Part shown: positions 13,401 through 25,400 of the stretch, piece after piece
How positions within the stretch are numbered: position 1 is the first letter of the stretch
Layout: each line of letters opens with the position of its first letter
The notes under the pieces: generated by a model
Seen by the model: only the letters and a program-made list of their open reading frames with translations
Databases searched by the model: none
Told to the model about the DNA's origin: nothing
Program-made: the position numbers and the translations under genes
Assembly: GCA_964187785.1 (NCBI GenBank)
Contig: OZ076415.1
Span: 52,328,001-52,392,000 of the forward strand
Direction of reading: 5' to 3'
DNA from: Amphiscolops sp. MND2022
Lineage: Eukaryota
Length of the DNA: 64,000 nucleotides

Positions 13401-16400
13401 GTTTGGATCAAGAACCAATCAGAATCCCGGTGGTGGTTTGTTTGGATCAACAACCAATCAGAGTGCTAGTGGTGGTGTGTTTGGATCCACAACCAATCAG
13501 AGTGCTGGTGGTGGTTTGTTTGGATCAACAACCAATCAGAGAGCTGGAGGTTGTTTGTTTGGATCAACAACCAATCAGAGTGCTGGCGGTGGTTTGTTTG
13601 GATCAACAACCAATCAGAGTGCTGGAGGTTGTTTGTTTGGATCAACAACCAATCAGAGTGCTGGTGGTGGTTTGTTTGGATCAAGAACCAATCAGAATCC
13701 CGGTGGTGGTTTGTTTGGATCAACAACCAATCAGAGTGCTGGTGGTGGTGTGTTTGGATCCACAACCAATCAGAGTGCTGGTGGTGGTTTGTTTGGATCA
13801 ACAACCAATCAGAGTGCTGGAGGTTGTTTGTTTGGATCAACAACCAATCAGAGTGCTGGCGGTTGTTTGTTTGGATCAGCAACCAATCAGAGTGCTGGTG
13901 GTGGTTTGTTTGGATCAAGAACCAATCAGAATCCCGGTGGTGGTTTGTTTGGATCAACAACCAATCAGAGTGCTGGTGGTGGTTTGTTTGGATCAAGAAC
14001 CAATCAGAATCCCGGTGGTGGTTTGTTTGGATCAACAACCAATCAGAGTGGTGGTGGTGGTGTGTTTGGATCAACAACCAATCAGAGTGCTGGTGGTGGT
14101 TTGTTTGGATCAACAACCAATCAGAGTGCTGGCGGTGGTTTGTTTGGATCAACGAACAATCAAGGTACTGGTGGCAGTTTGTTTGAATTAACAACCAATG
14201 AAACCAATGAAAATGCTGGCGGTAGTTTCTTCGGATCAACAACCAATCAGAATCCCGGTGGTGGTTTGTTTGGATCATCAACCAATCAGAGTGCTAGTGG
14301 TGGTTTGTTTGGACCAACAACCATTCAGAGTTCCGGAGAAGGTTTGTTCGGATCAACGAACCAACAGGGTACTGGAGGTAGTTTGTTTGGACCAACAACC
14401 AATCAAGGTACTCCAAACAAACAGGCTGGTGGAGGTTTGTTTGAATCAGCGAACAATCGAAGTACTGGAGGTACTTTGTGTGAACCAACAACCAATCAGA
14501 GTGCTGGATGTGGTTTGTTTGGATCAACAACCAATCAATTTGCTGCCGGTGGTTTGTTTGGATCAACGGACCATCAGAGTGCTGGATGTGGTTTGTTTGG
14601 ATCAACAACCAGTCACTGCACTGGAGATAGTTTGTTTGGACCAACAACTAATCAAAGCACTGCTGCTGCTGGTTTGTTTGGATCGACAACCAATCAGAAA
14701 GCTGGCGCAGGTTTATTCGGATCCCTAATCAATCGAAGCACCGGTAACAGTTTGTTCCATCTAACCAATGGCAATCCTCTCTCGAACAACTGAGTGGCGT
14801 CTTTGTAGCGTTGATCACTCACTCTGCTGCTGCTGGGAATCACTAAGATCTTGGACTAAGATAAAAACTTCTGGCCCATACCTTGCCCCAGATTAAAAAA
14901 TCAATAACCACCAGAATTTTTGCATCGCTATTTTTTTCGCTAATCGTTAAACCGCTAATTTCAAAATCGCTACTTCGCTGAAAAAACTTTCAACAAACTA
15001 TTCAATGGAAAGTTGTTCCTTAAACTATGGAAAGTACCTCCCAGTAAATTCCACGATAAGCTTAATAATTGTAGAAATGGAATGAACGGAGATCGTGCAG
15101 TAGTCTCAAAAGTCATCTTGCCGGCAACAGTGCTGTGTCTGCATTTTGAATGAATCTCATCTTATGTCCAAATACTAGCATACAAATTTTGATTAGGTAG
15201 TTCATAGTGGTCAGAGATTTGACATCTCTTTTTTCGCTAATCTCTCAGCCGGTAATTTCAAAATCGCTATTGCGCTGAAAAACTTTGTCATCAAACTTAT
15301 ATGTTTGAATTCAAATAGTAAATAGTGTTGAAGTAGGAACGTTAACCAAATTCAATATTTGTTTTTTTTAAAAGATTTTTTATACTGTGGGTTTCACAGA
15401 TGAGTTAGAATTTTTCGAATTTTTTTTGAAACTCCGTGTATTTGTCGATGAACTTTTGAATTTGGACCATCAATTAGTTGCCGCTACTTTGAATCGCTGA
15501 TAGAATCGGTGAAAAATTCCTAGCGGCCTCTTATTAGCTCAATATCTGATTAGCGGTGTCAAAACTCTGCTAGCTGCAGTCATGTCCCCAAGCAAAGACT
15601 TTGAAGAAAAGTCTTCAATGGTCACTGCGAAAAGCCTTAGTTCAAAAAACATGATAGTGACAAAAACGGAAATGACAAACTGCTAGCGTTGAAAAATATA
15701 AAAATTACACAGAGAGACCCATGACGTAATACAACAAAACTGTCGCGATTTTGTATGCTTGTGTAAGAGTCTACTGAACTCTCCCTAGACACTTGTCTAT
15801 GATTTTCTTGCGTAGAACACGTTTTAGGACAATTTTTCCATACTTTCTGAGTGTTTTCCAATTCGGGGTTCCATTGTAGCCCACTAAACCCTCGGTCCAC
15901 CGTGGTGAAATTAGCCGTCCATTGTAGCCCACTGGACCCTCGGTCCACCGTGGTGAAATTAGCCGTCCTTGGGTTCGATTGTAGCCTGTTGGACCCTCGG
16001 GCTGCCATGGTAAAATTATCCCTCCCTTGCATATCTAACGTATTTGGGATAGAAGGTAGCACTGTCTCAGTTATTGCAGTTGAAATTGCATTTTGTATCT
16101 GAGAAATTAGGCTAGTTTTGATCTCATTAAGTCTTCTTCACTATTTGGTTAGAAATTTTCTCGTTATTCATTGTAGTTGTTGCAATTGTCATTTCACTGT
16201 TCTCTCTACTATTGACCTAAAGTCTTCACCTCTTACATTTGAGTTTCGTTGAGGCCTGCTTGACTCTGAGTCCAAATTTAGCTCATTTTCACTTCGATCA
16301 TTCATTTCGTCATTTCTTGAATAACTTCCTAACATTACATCATCATTTTCAGCATCTGACATGATGTCTAATTGTCTTGAACGTCTTTCTTTAGCCTTTT

Positions 16401-19400
16401 GCTTTCTTGTAGAAGGCATTGAAGAAATATGTTAACGTCTAATCTTGATTTGGAGAATGATAGGTACAATATAGATGAGCAGGTTAAAGATAATCATAGT
16501 TTTAGATTAAACAGATAAAGTTGAGCAACGTACGGCTAGTTCGTAACCAGATTATTTTCCAAAAGATCTTCAGAGTCCTCTGTTCCTCCTATTTATAGTT
16601 AGGAGATGACAACACAAGTATTGCGTGTCATGTTACTAAATAATAAGACAACTGTAACTAAAAATGGCATCCCGTAGGGTTCCATCGCCCTGACGTCATT
16701 ACATCAAAGAGGGGGAACTTGACGGTTAAGTTCACAAGGAAGGAAAATGGTTACAATGATTTATATGTACATCCAACACTAATCTTCAACACTACATGCG
16801 TACTAAATATGAAATTACTTGCTAGCACAATAATAAACCGTAGCGGACTTTAAGTCCGCGAAGCTACACTCAATTATAGTACCGGCAGCAGCCGCGTACT
16901 AATTCCACCGTGGCGGATATTCCGTCCACGGAGCTACATCAATATACTGCGCTTTTATTGGACAATATTATCAAGACAGCGAGTACAATTAGCTAGACGA
17001 AACGTCATTTCAACACGTTTCCTCTTCCGCGTCTAATTGCATTTTCCTAATTCATCAATTTTACATTCAAATTATCAAACTACATCAACTTTCTAACAAC
17101 AAAACAGGCACAGGACTATTTATTAATCAATTAAATATAGCCTCGAAAACTATGATTAGTATTTCTACTGTGGCCGTATGGACCATAAGTCCTCTACGGT
17201 GAAAATATAAAATGATAACGATAACTACAAAATTACATGTGACACAAAGTACCATTTATCGTTTGTCGTCTAAATGGGTAGGACTCCGGGGGTTAGTATT
17301 ATCCCCCTTCCAATAATATTTGATAGTAGTTGCTGTCACAGGCGGCATCCTGTGACAAAGACATAACAGGCAAAGGTCGCAAACATAAACGTTTGGAAAT
17401 TACGACAAAAAGAGACGTGGTTTTTGCAAATCGTTTCAAGGAAACAGTTTCAGTCTGAGAAGCGGCGAAAAGGCGTTGAAGAGTACAGAAATTACACGCA
17501 GAGACTCGCGGAGCTGCCCATACATTAAATGGAGGAACCCACGCATTGTTTTGGGAACTGACCATGTACCTGCCGATAGAGAAGTCGCTTCTCAGAAATC
17601 CATGCTTTTTTAGAGACACTTGAGTTATCAAGAAACATTGAGAGAAAAATATATTTTATTGGACGACAAATAAACATCTGCTTTGATAAATCTTATTTAA
17701 TAAATGCAAGTTTACCATCCAATAATTACAATTGAAAGCACCATACTTAGTAAGTAAAACTACCTTGCGCAGTTACTGAATAGACATAAGAGTAGAACAT
17801 CGAAAAAGTTCTATTATCAATAACATAAATGGAGCTAATTTTTGAGATAATCTTCCTGACTTGGAACTGTGATAATTCCCTCAAATTTGATGGTAATAAA
17901 ATCAAGAAAACAGAACAATCCCATTTGCACCAAATTCGACGTCGATTTTAGTTACATACCAGAAAAGTTTTCAAATTAGATGCAAATATCAAACGTATAT
18001 GTTAAAATATAACAACACGGGAACGTCTCAAGTCGGCGCTATATCTAAGGCTCAAAAACTTGAAATTTTCGAAAAAAAATTTCTTTCGGAAAATGTCGCA
18101 CAGTGCCGAAAAATGTAAAAGAGGGGACCCTTTTTGATTTATAAACACGCATTCTGTAGCAAAATAACCAAAAACTCAAAGGGAGGACCCTTTGGGGACA
18201 TTAAAAAAATTTCGAAAAAAAGTCGCACAGTGCCGAAAAAAAATCGAAAGGGGGGACCCTTTAGTCCCGTCCGGGCTTGTAGGTAACGTTTAAAAAGTAA
18301 AAAACCAAAGGGGGGATTCTTTGGATTAATTTACATGCGTTTCCCTGGTATTTAGTTTCCTTTAGTTGAACGTTAACGTTCGTCGCTTCGAGTCTGTCTT
18401 AAATAAAAAAAACAGTTACTGTACCAGTCGGGCTCTTTTATTTATAAAAGCGCCGACTAGAAATTGATACAGCTTAGCATCTAGAAAGAACAGAAAGCGT
18501 ATACAGCTCGCCGAGTCTCTGCACTAAGAATCAACTATGCAGCAACCTAATATCCTATTTTCAATAATGGTCATCACTAGGGCAACCAAAAAGGGCAATA
18601 GGGGCAAAAAGGGCAGAAATGCGGGTTAGGGGCAAAAAGTTTAATAAAAGGCAAAAAAGGCAAAATACATCGAATCTTGTACTTTTTCGTATATAATCAC
18701 CCCTTTTCTGAGAAATACGAGTCGTGCGAGTTTGTGTACAGGAGTTTCTCAGAAATAACCATTTAGCAAACTCAACAAGATGTTAGCCAAGGACCGTAAG
18801 TTTGATGTTACAAATATCGAGAATTACATTTGCATTCATTGTATCATTTCACTTTAATAAACGAATTTGACTTTTTTGTTAAATCCTCGCTTTCAAGCGC
18901 GTGCCGATAAAGGGCAAATAAGGGGCAAATTTTAAAATAAAGGGCGGCAAATAAAGGGCAAAATTTTAAAAAATAAAGGGCAAATCGCGGTTGCCCTAGT
19001 CATCACATCAATAATATTCTACCTCGAGTAACATAAGTTGAAAATAGGTAGTTTGAATAGCTAAATGAAGAAACTAGACATCTTCCTACAGACTATTCAA
19101 ATAAAACCAAGTTCTGACTGTCTTGGATGTATCTTGGATGTATTGAAGCCTGAGATTTTGAAGATTTATCTAGGAAACATCTGGGCCTCGTGTTTCGAAA
19201 CATACACAATTGAGTTTTGAGTTTCTAAATAGTAATTGAATTTTTAGTTCGAATAAGGAACATAGTCACCCCAAATCTGCTCTCTTGCTGAACTAATATC
19301 AAAATATCAAAGCACCTTATTCGATGAGTTTCGATTTCCATTAAATCTTTACTTAATGTCGCGTTGCGATAAATTTGCCTAAAATTATGCTTTCTACACT

Positions 19401-22400
19401 CTGTTTTCTACATCTGTTTCCGAACTATTTGATTTTTAATTAGTGAAACATTTTAGCGAATCAGAATCCACCTCCGCCTCCCCCTCCGCCTGCTTCCACG
19501 GGGGGTTATTGCAGAACTAGAGGAGCTGGGTTATCAGCAGCCACCGAAGTCTCATCTCACGCAGGTGTCCCTCGAGGTGTTAAAAAACTGAGTAAAGTTC
19601 GCAAGTCAGACACCAACATCATCAGTGTCAAATTCGATTGTCTTGAGGAGAAGACATTCACTACAACTGTTCAGCCAATCAAATGCGAGAAGTGTTGTGC
19701 AGTGATGACTGTACTGGAAACTACTTTGAATAATTTGGATTCTGAAAACTCCTCCGAAATGGTGAGTTCCTCCCATCCGCCTTGAGCAATATATTGGTTT
19801 CGAGGGTCATAATATACATGTTCTAGCAACGACATGGTTTTGAGTCCAAGAGTAGCCAATGCACTAAGAAAATGCATAGAAGTTTGAAGAAATTCAGACA
19901 CTTTTTGATTTATGCCATCCCATCTTTGAAGGAAACATTTGATATGAGGACACGCTGAATACCTAATTGTTTTGTTGTCGAACTGCGTGGATACCAGTAC
20001 CTAACCTACCAAAATGTCAAAATATGGAAAAAGTTGAAAATTCTTTGGTCATATTGAGGCTCTTTTCGAACAAGAAACCGCAGGTAATTTTTGCAAAATG
20101 CCAATTGGATACCCGGATCAGTCGTTGTTGAATGCTTACAACATTCTAACCGCCCGAAAAGTTTACGGGAAATTGCATCAAAACGTCAGCAATGTTTGCA
20201 TTTTAAACTATTCTGATGTTTTTATACCTAGAAAAGTGCAAACGTTTCTTTTAAAAGGTGTACTGCATAGCTAGTTATTTCGTCTAGAGCATGTTGAATG
20301 AAATTTGGCGGAAAGTGTCGAAAAAGTTTTGAATCCTTCTGTCCAAATGCTATTTGGAACGCGTATTGATAACATGTGTCTATGCTGAAATTTCTATTTC
20401 AAGAAAACATTCGAAAAGTGTCCGAAACTAGGTGTATGATGTCATAATTCTTCGAAAATGCAAATTGGAAATTTCGACCAACTTAATCCGACTTTCTCCC
20501 TTGAATAGCTTTTTGAATTGCTCGTGGTTTCAACTTTCAGATCAGTCGAAGTTCGGATCTCAAACAATTCATGAATTGATGGAAAAATGGGACCGATTTG
20601 TTAAAACTAACTTTTCCGTGAATTTTAGGGTGTTTTTGTGGCCTATACTAACAAGAAACGGAAGTTATCTCTTCTATAAAGCCGACTGGATACTAGTTCA
20701 TTCGTGTTTGAACGTCTTGACTTTTTTAACCCAAAAAAGTTTCCAAACTGTACAAAAATTACATTAAAAAAGTTCACCACTCAAAAAGTTTTCGACTGCT
20801 TAAAAATGTTTTCCGACACAAACTGCAGGTATCTTTGAAAAAAGCCTACTGGTTGAATGTTTCAGCGTCGTTTATCGTTTTCGAAATGCTAATCTACGAT
20901 TTTTCAAACTTACAAAACAGGTTTTTATCATGTCGCAGCAAATGTCACTACAAATGATAAAAACTAGAATTTGGGGATTTTTTATTTACTTTGGGGTCAT
21001 TTTGATACGCTTTTCTGAGGAACTGAAGATGTTTTTTCAAAAACGCCTTTTCCATACCGGAATCAGTCGTCGTGGAATGCTTACATTAAAGTAACCCAGG
21101 AAACAGCTGGAATGTTTTTCTAAAGGGCAAAAAATGTCAAAGTGTCAATTTTTTTAGTCAGTTTGGGGTACTTTTCTGCAGAGGAAACCGCAAACTTCTT
21201 TTAAAAAATACTGCATTTCCAAATCTTGTTTTAAACTTTTATCTTAATATTTATTATGGTTTCAACAAATAAACATTACGTTTGTCCATTTTTTTTTGAT
21301 TTTCGACAACTGTGGAGTCATTTGAGGCAGTTTCCTAACACAAATTGCAGGAACTTCAAAACGTGTTCTGGATAACAACTCCGATCTTCGTTGAAGAACT
21401 TTAGCTTGTAATCCACCAACGTTTCCATTCTTCCTAAGAAATTTCGATATTTTCACAAAATTGCCAAAAAGTCACTAAATTCCAAAAAAATGTTGAAGTG
21501 AAAGTTTTTGGGTCTTTTTGAGGCAATGTTCTACATAGAAAATTTCACAATTCTTCAAAAAGCTTGTTTCATAGCTTGGTTTCTCGTCTGGAGCTTTTAG
21601 AACTTTCTAACTTTTCATAAAAGTTCAAAATTGTAAAAAAATAGAAAGTATCGATAGTTTCGAGATTTCTGTGGTCAATTCGAGGCCTTTTTCGAACGCA
21701 AATCAGCAAAAAGTTCATTAAGAAAACCAGGTGTCCAGTATAATCGTTCTTGAAGGTTTTCAACATTTTAACTCACGAAACTTCTCAAAAATTTCAAAAT
21801 ACTACCTTTACCTAAATAGTTAAAACATTGGCATTTTTCTACTCTTTGACTCATTCGGAAGTGTTTCTCAGGCAAAACACTGCAACTTTTTCTTGTAAAA
21901 TAGCACAGCATAGCTAGTTCGTTCCTCTTTGAACATTCGAACCTTTTTACCATATTTTCCCCAAAAAGTGCACATAAATTGCATGAAAAACGACAAAATG
22001 TGAATTTTTGGATTTTGCGACTTAATTTGAGGTCTTTTTGTGTTGAGAAACTGCTTTTATTTTTTAAACAAAAATCTACTGGACACCGAGTTCATTCTTT
22101 GTTGAACAATTGTAGATTCGGATCCAAGAAATTCATCGGAAGTTTGACATGAAAATTGCATAAAGTTTTTCTCTTACTTGGTGGCGTTTCGGGGTCAAAT
22201 AAACACGTCCAAAAATCTGTACAAAAACATATCGAAATTAAATTTGTCAGTTGAAATGTAGTGTTGAACCCTTGAGTTTAAGAATACATTGGGAGCATGG
22301 AAAATTTTCAAAAAAATGCGGTTGATTTAGTGATTTTTTTCCATTTTGTGTACAATTTAAGGCATTATTTGGGGTTTTGCGGCAGGCTCATAATAGTTAA

Positions 22401-25400
22401 TGATAAAGTGTGAGGAGTTGCTGAGTAAAGTCGAATTATTTTGGATTTGAAAATTTCAACTGAACTGTTTAGGAATGAAAGGTAACTCGATTATATTTGA
22501 TCTGTTGGGTATAGTTTAATCGTGAACTTGGAATTATGCATGGTTCTTCACTTTGACTTCCCATGTATGTCACCTCGTGCTACTGATAACTTTCAGACAA
22601 AAGTTACACTGACACTCCAGAGCAATCCACTAATGTACGCCCGTAGATCGATCTCACCAATGGACCGGTGGACATATGCTTGGCTCATTTGAATTCTAGT
22701 TTATTGAAGTACTGAAGAGACTTATTTTTGCTACCAATTCTATTGATAAAGAGATCCTTAGATTTTTTTGCACTTTTTCAAAAGTTCTCCAAATCAAAAA
22801 TAATAGTTTGATTTAATCCAAGTTTGACTTTTTCAACGTGTGTGTTCCTCAATGAAAACTTTTAATAATTTTGTACATGTTCAGAAGTGGATGTGTGTGT
22901 TCTGTGGCCAAATTAACAACGTGGCAGCGGAGAGACTGAATGCGTCCCGCAATGCCGACATGCTCTTCGTGCCCGAGGGGGAGACGAGTGACCCCCAGTT
23001 GCCCCAAGAGAAGGCCGCATCCACAGGTGACACAGAAAAGGAAGGGGACAAGAAGGAAAAAGTGGACAAAACTGACGAGAGTGTTCTGCTGTTTACAATT
23101 GACATTTCCGGATCCATGGGATGCACTGTTGCCATGTCTGTACGTTCACTAAATTTTGGTTAAAAATTTGAAAAAAAACACCCGAAAAATCCTTACTTCA
23201 AAAACTCGATCATTTTTGAGCGTTGCATCTTGTAAGTAATGTGCGCGACTATTACAGTGACTAGTGTTTTTACCAGACCACATAGCTCACGCTGAAAGGT
23301 CCGCTTTTTACAGACCTTTGTCATGCCCCGCCAGTTTATTCAGCTTTTTGAGCCCTAAACCAACACAGCATTTGCACAGCAGTCAATGTTGACATGACAA
23401 CCGATTAAAATCGCCTTGGAGGATTTACATGGGAAACAAAATGTAAATGATTATTAAGAATTTTATAACTATGTAATGTGTAGAACATTAAACTCTATTT
23501 AAGACTCCGACAGTAACTGTGAATGCAGACTCTGGAAGCGACGATGACGACGCAGGCAATGCGGCGCCTGCTCCGAGACCACAGTCTGGTGGTATTTTGT
23601 CCTCCATTGGTCGAATGGTGGGGTTCCAGACTGCCAGTACTAGACCCGCAACCGCCCGGAGGTCCAGCCGACGCTCATCTAATAATAATCCTTTCCAATT
23701 CGGAGGACAACAAACGACGGCGTATATTTCACGGCTAGATGTTAGCATCTTTTTAATTTTGCATTTGATGAAAATCGGAACGCAGATTTCTTCCACGCAG
23801 ATTCGTCTATATATAGTGTTATGAATAATTGAGACGAAGTGTTCGGCGAATGCTTCAGGTGTCATGCACTGCCTTCGCTCTGAAGTCTGCCTTGTGTTTC
23901 ATGATAACTTTGAAATATTTGTTTTTGAGGATAACTTTTTCCTTTTCGTTTGGATTAATGTACTGAATTTTGTTCTACAGGCCACCAAGGGGGCACTGGT
24001 GAGTCAGATTGACGACCTGAAGACTAACAAACCCAATGTCAAGTTAGGGGTCGTCACCTTCTGTACAGAAGTGAGTTGAAATCCACTACATTATTATCAA
24101 TATAAAGAACATATGGATTGATTTTTGCTGATATTTTCTTCGCAATCAACAAGATGATTTTCTTCGCCTGATTCTCTGTTCAGAGCACTTTCTAAATAAG
24201 AAAATTCTAGGGCATCTATTCTAACATCTTTCTCTATTTAATGTTGGCTTTTAGCGACACTTTGAGAACCATCTCAGTAGGCTTTCAAGGAAAACACATT
24301 TCTGATTTTCAAATAATCCCTTAGACAACAGGTGCTCTTAAAATTTTTGGTGAATCTTAACCGATCCATTCTCATATAATAATTTCCAAGAGTAGAACTG
24401 TGCAAAATGGAAGCAAAAGTATGTTCAATAAAAACCGCTTTTTTCGGCACTATGAGATTAGCAGTGAGGACTGTGTGTTGTCAGGTGGAGTACTTGGCAG
24501 ACGGGACTAGCAGTGAGCGAAAAAAGTTGAAGCAGGAGTACGTCAACGACAAAGATGGCATCCAGAGGGAGGGCATGAAGTGCCAGATGCCTGGACCTGT
24601 GAGTGCCAGTGCAAAGATAATGAAGAGAGCCATCATGCAGTTAGTCTGTCAGTCTTTTGCTAGCCTCCCCCTCCCCCTCACTTCGATAATACACTTAGTC
24701 GAATTGAACTTCCGTAATTACTCATGTATGAATAGGAATAGTACAAAAAAGACGATACGAATTGGAGTCTCATTCCAGGCGTGAATTAGTTCAAAACAAT
24801 CAATTTCAGCAAAAAATTGTTCAATATAAAAACATTATCTCTTATTTCACTAGTTTTTGCGATTTTGTCCGATTGCAGTATGCAGTCCAGAAAAAATACT
24901 TTGACAACTAGGTAGGTCACTACTATCATACGGTTCATCCTACGGTTGTGACCATTTTTCTGCCAAGAGCTGTTCATTGCAGCAGAGAAACCATGTGAAG
25001 AACTCGTGGAAAAGCGTTGAAAACATATGCACTGCGGCGCTTCCAATTGAATATTTCCGAACCGATCTTTAAATGCTTGGAACCTCAGTTCTGTCAGTTC
25101 AGAAAACAAAGAAAACCTGAGCTTATTTTTATCTCGCGTGAAATTCTCTGATAATGTAACAGAATCATCGATATCTCGTAGAAATCGCATGCTTATGAAA
25201 TTATTCAAACTTGAGTAGTAGGTCGGTTTTGGTTCGGTGCATGCTTCTCAAGAATCATGTAAGAGAAAACCAATCTAATACTGGAGTACTGAATAATCTC
25301 AGAAACATGTCAGTAAAAACTACAAAACTTGTTTGAAAAGATGGGAAACTGCCATTTTCGAAAATCAGCTTGGAGTTTTTTTAAATCCTGGACACTTTTG

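Noticed and set aside
12710-14300. CRISPR-like array
   Set aside because: Contiguous tandem units with no unique spacers, in a eukaryotic context.
12589-14793. Naming the ORF NUP98
   Set aside because: No GLEBS or autoproteolytic domain, it stops after the repeats, and it lies in another gene's intron.
17299-17631. 110-aa minus ORF or integrase remnant
   Set aside because: No convincing motif in any frame.
24786-25208. 140-aa antisense ORF in intron 6
   Set aside because: No domain or splice support; the length alone is insufficient.
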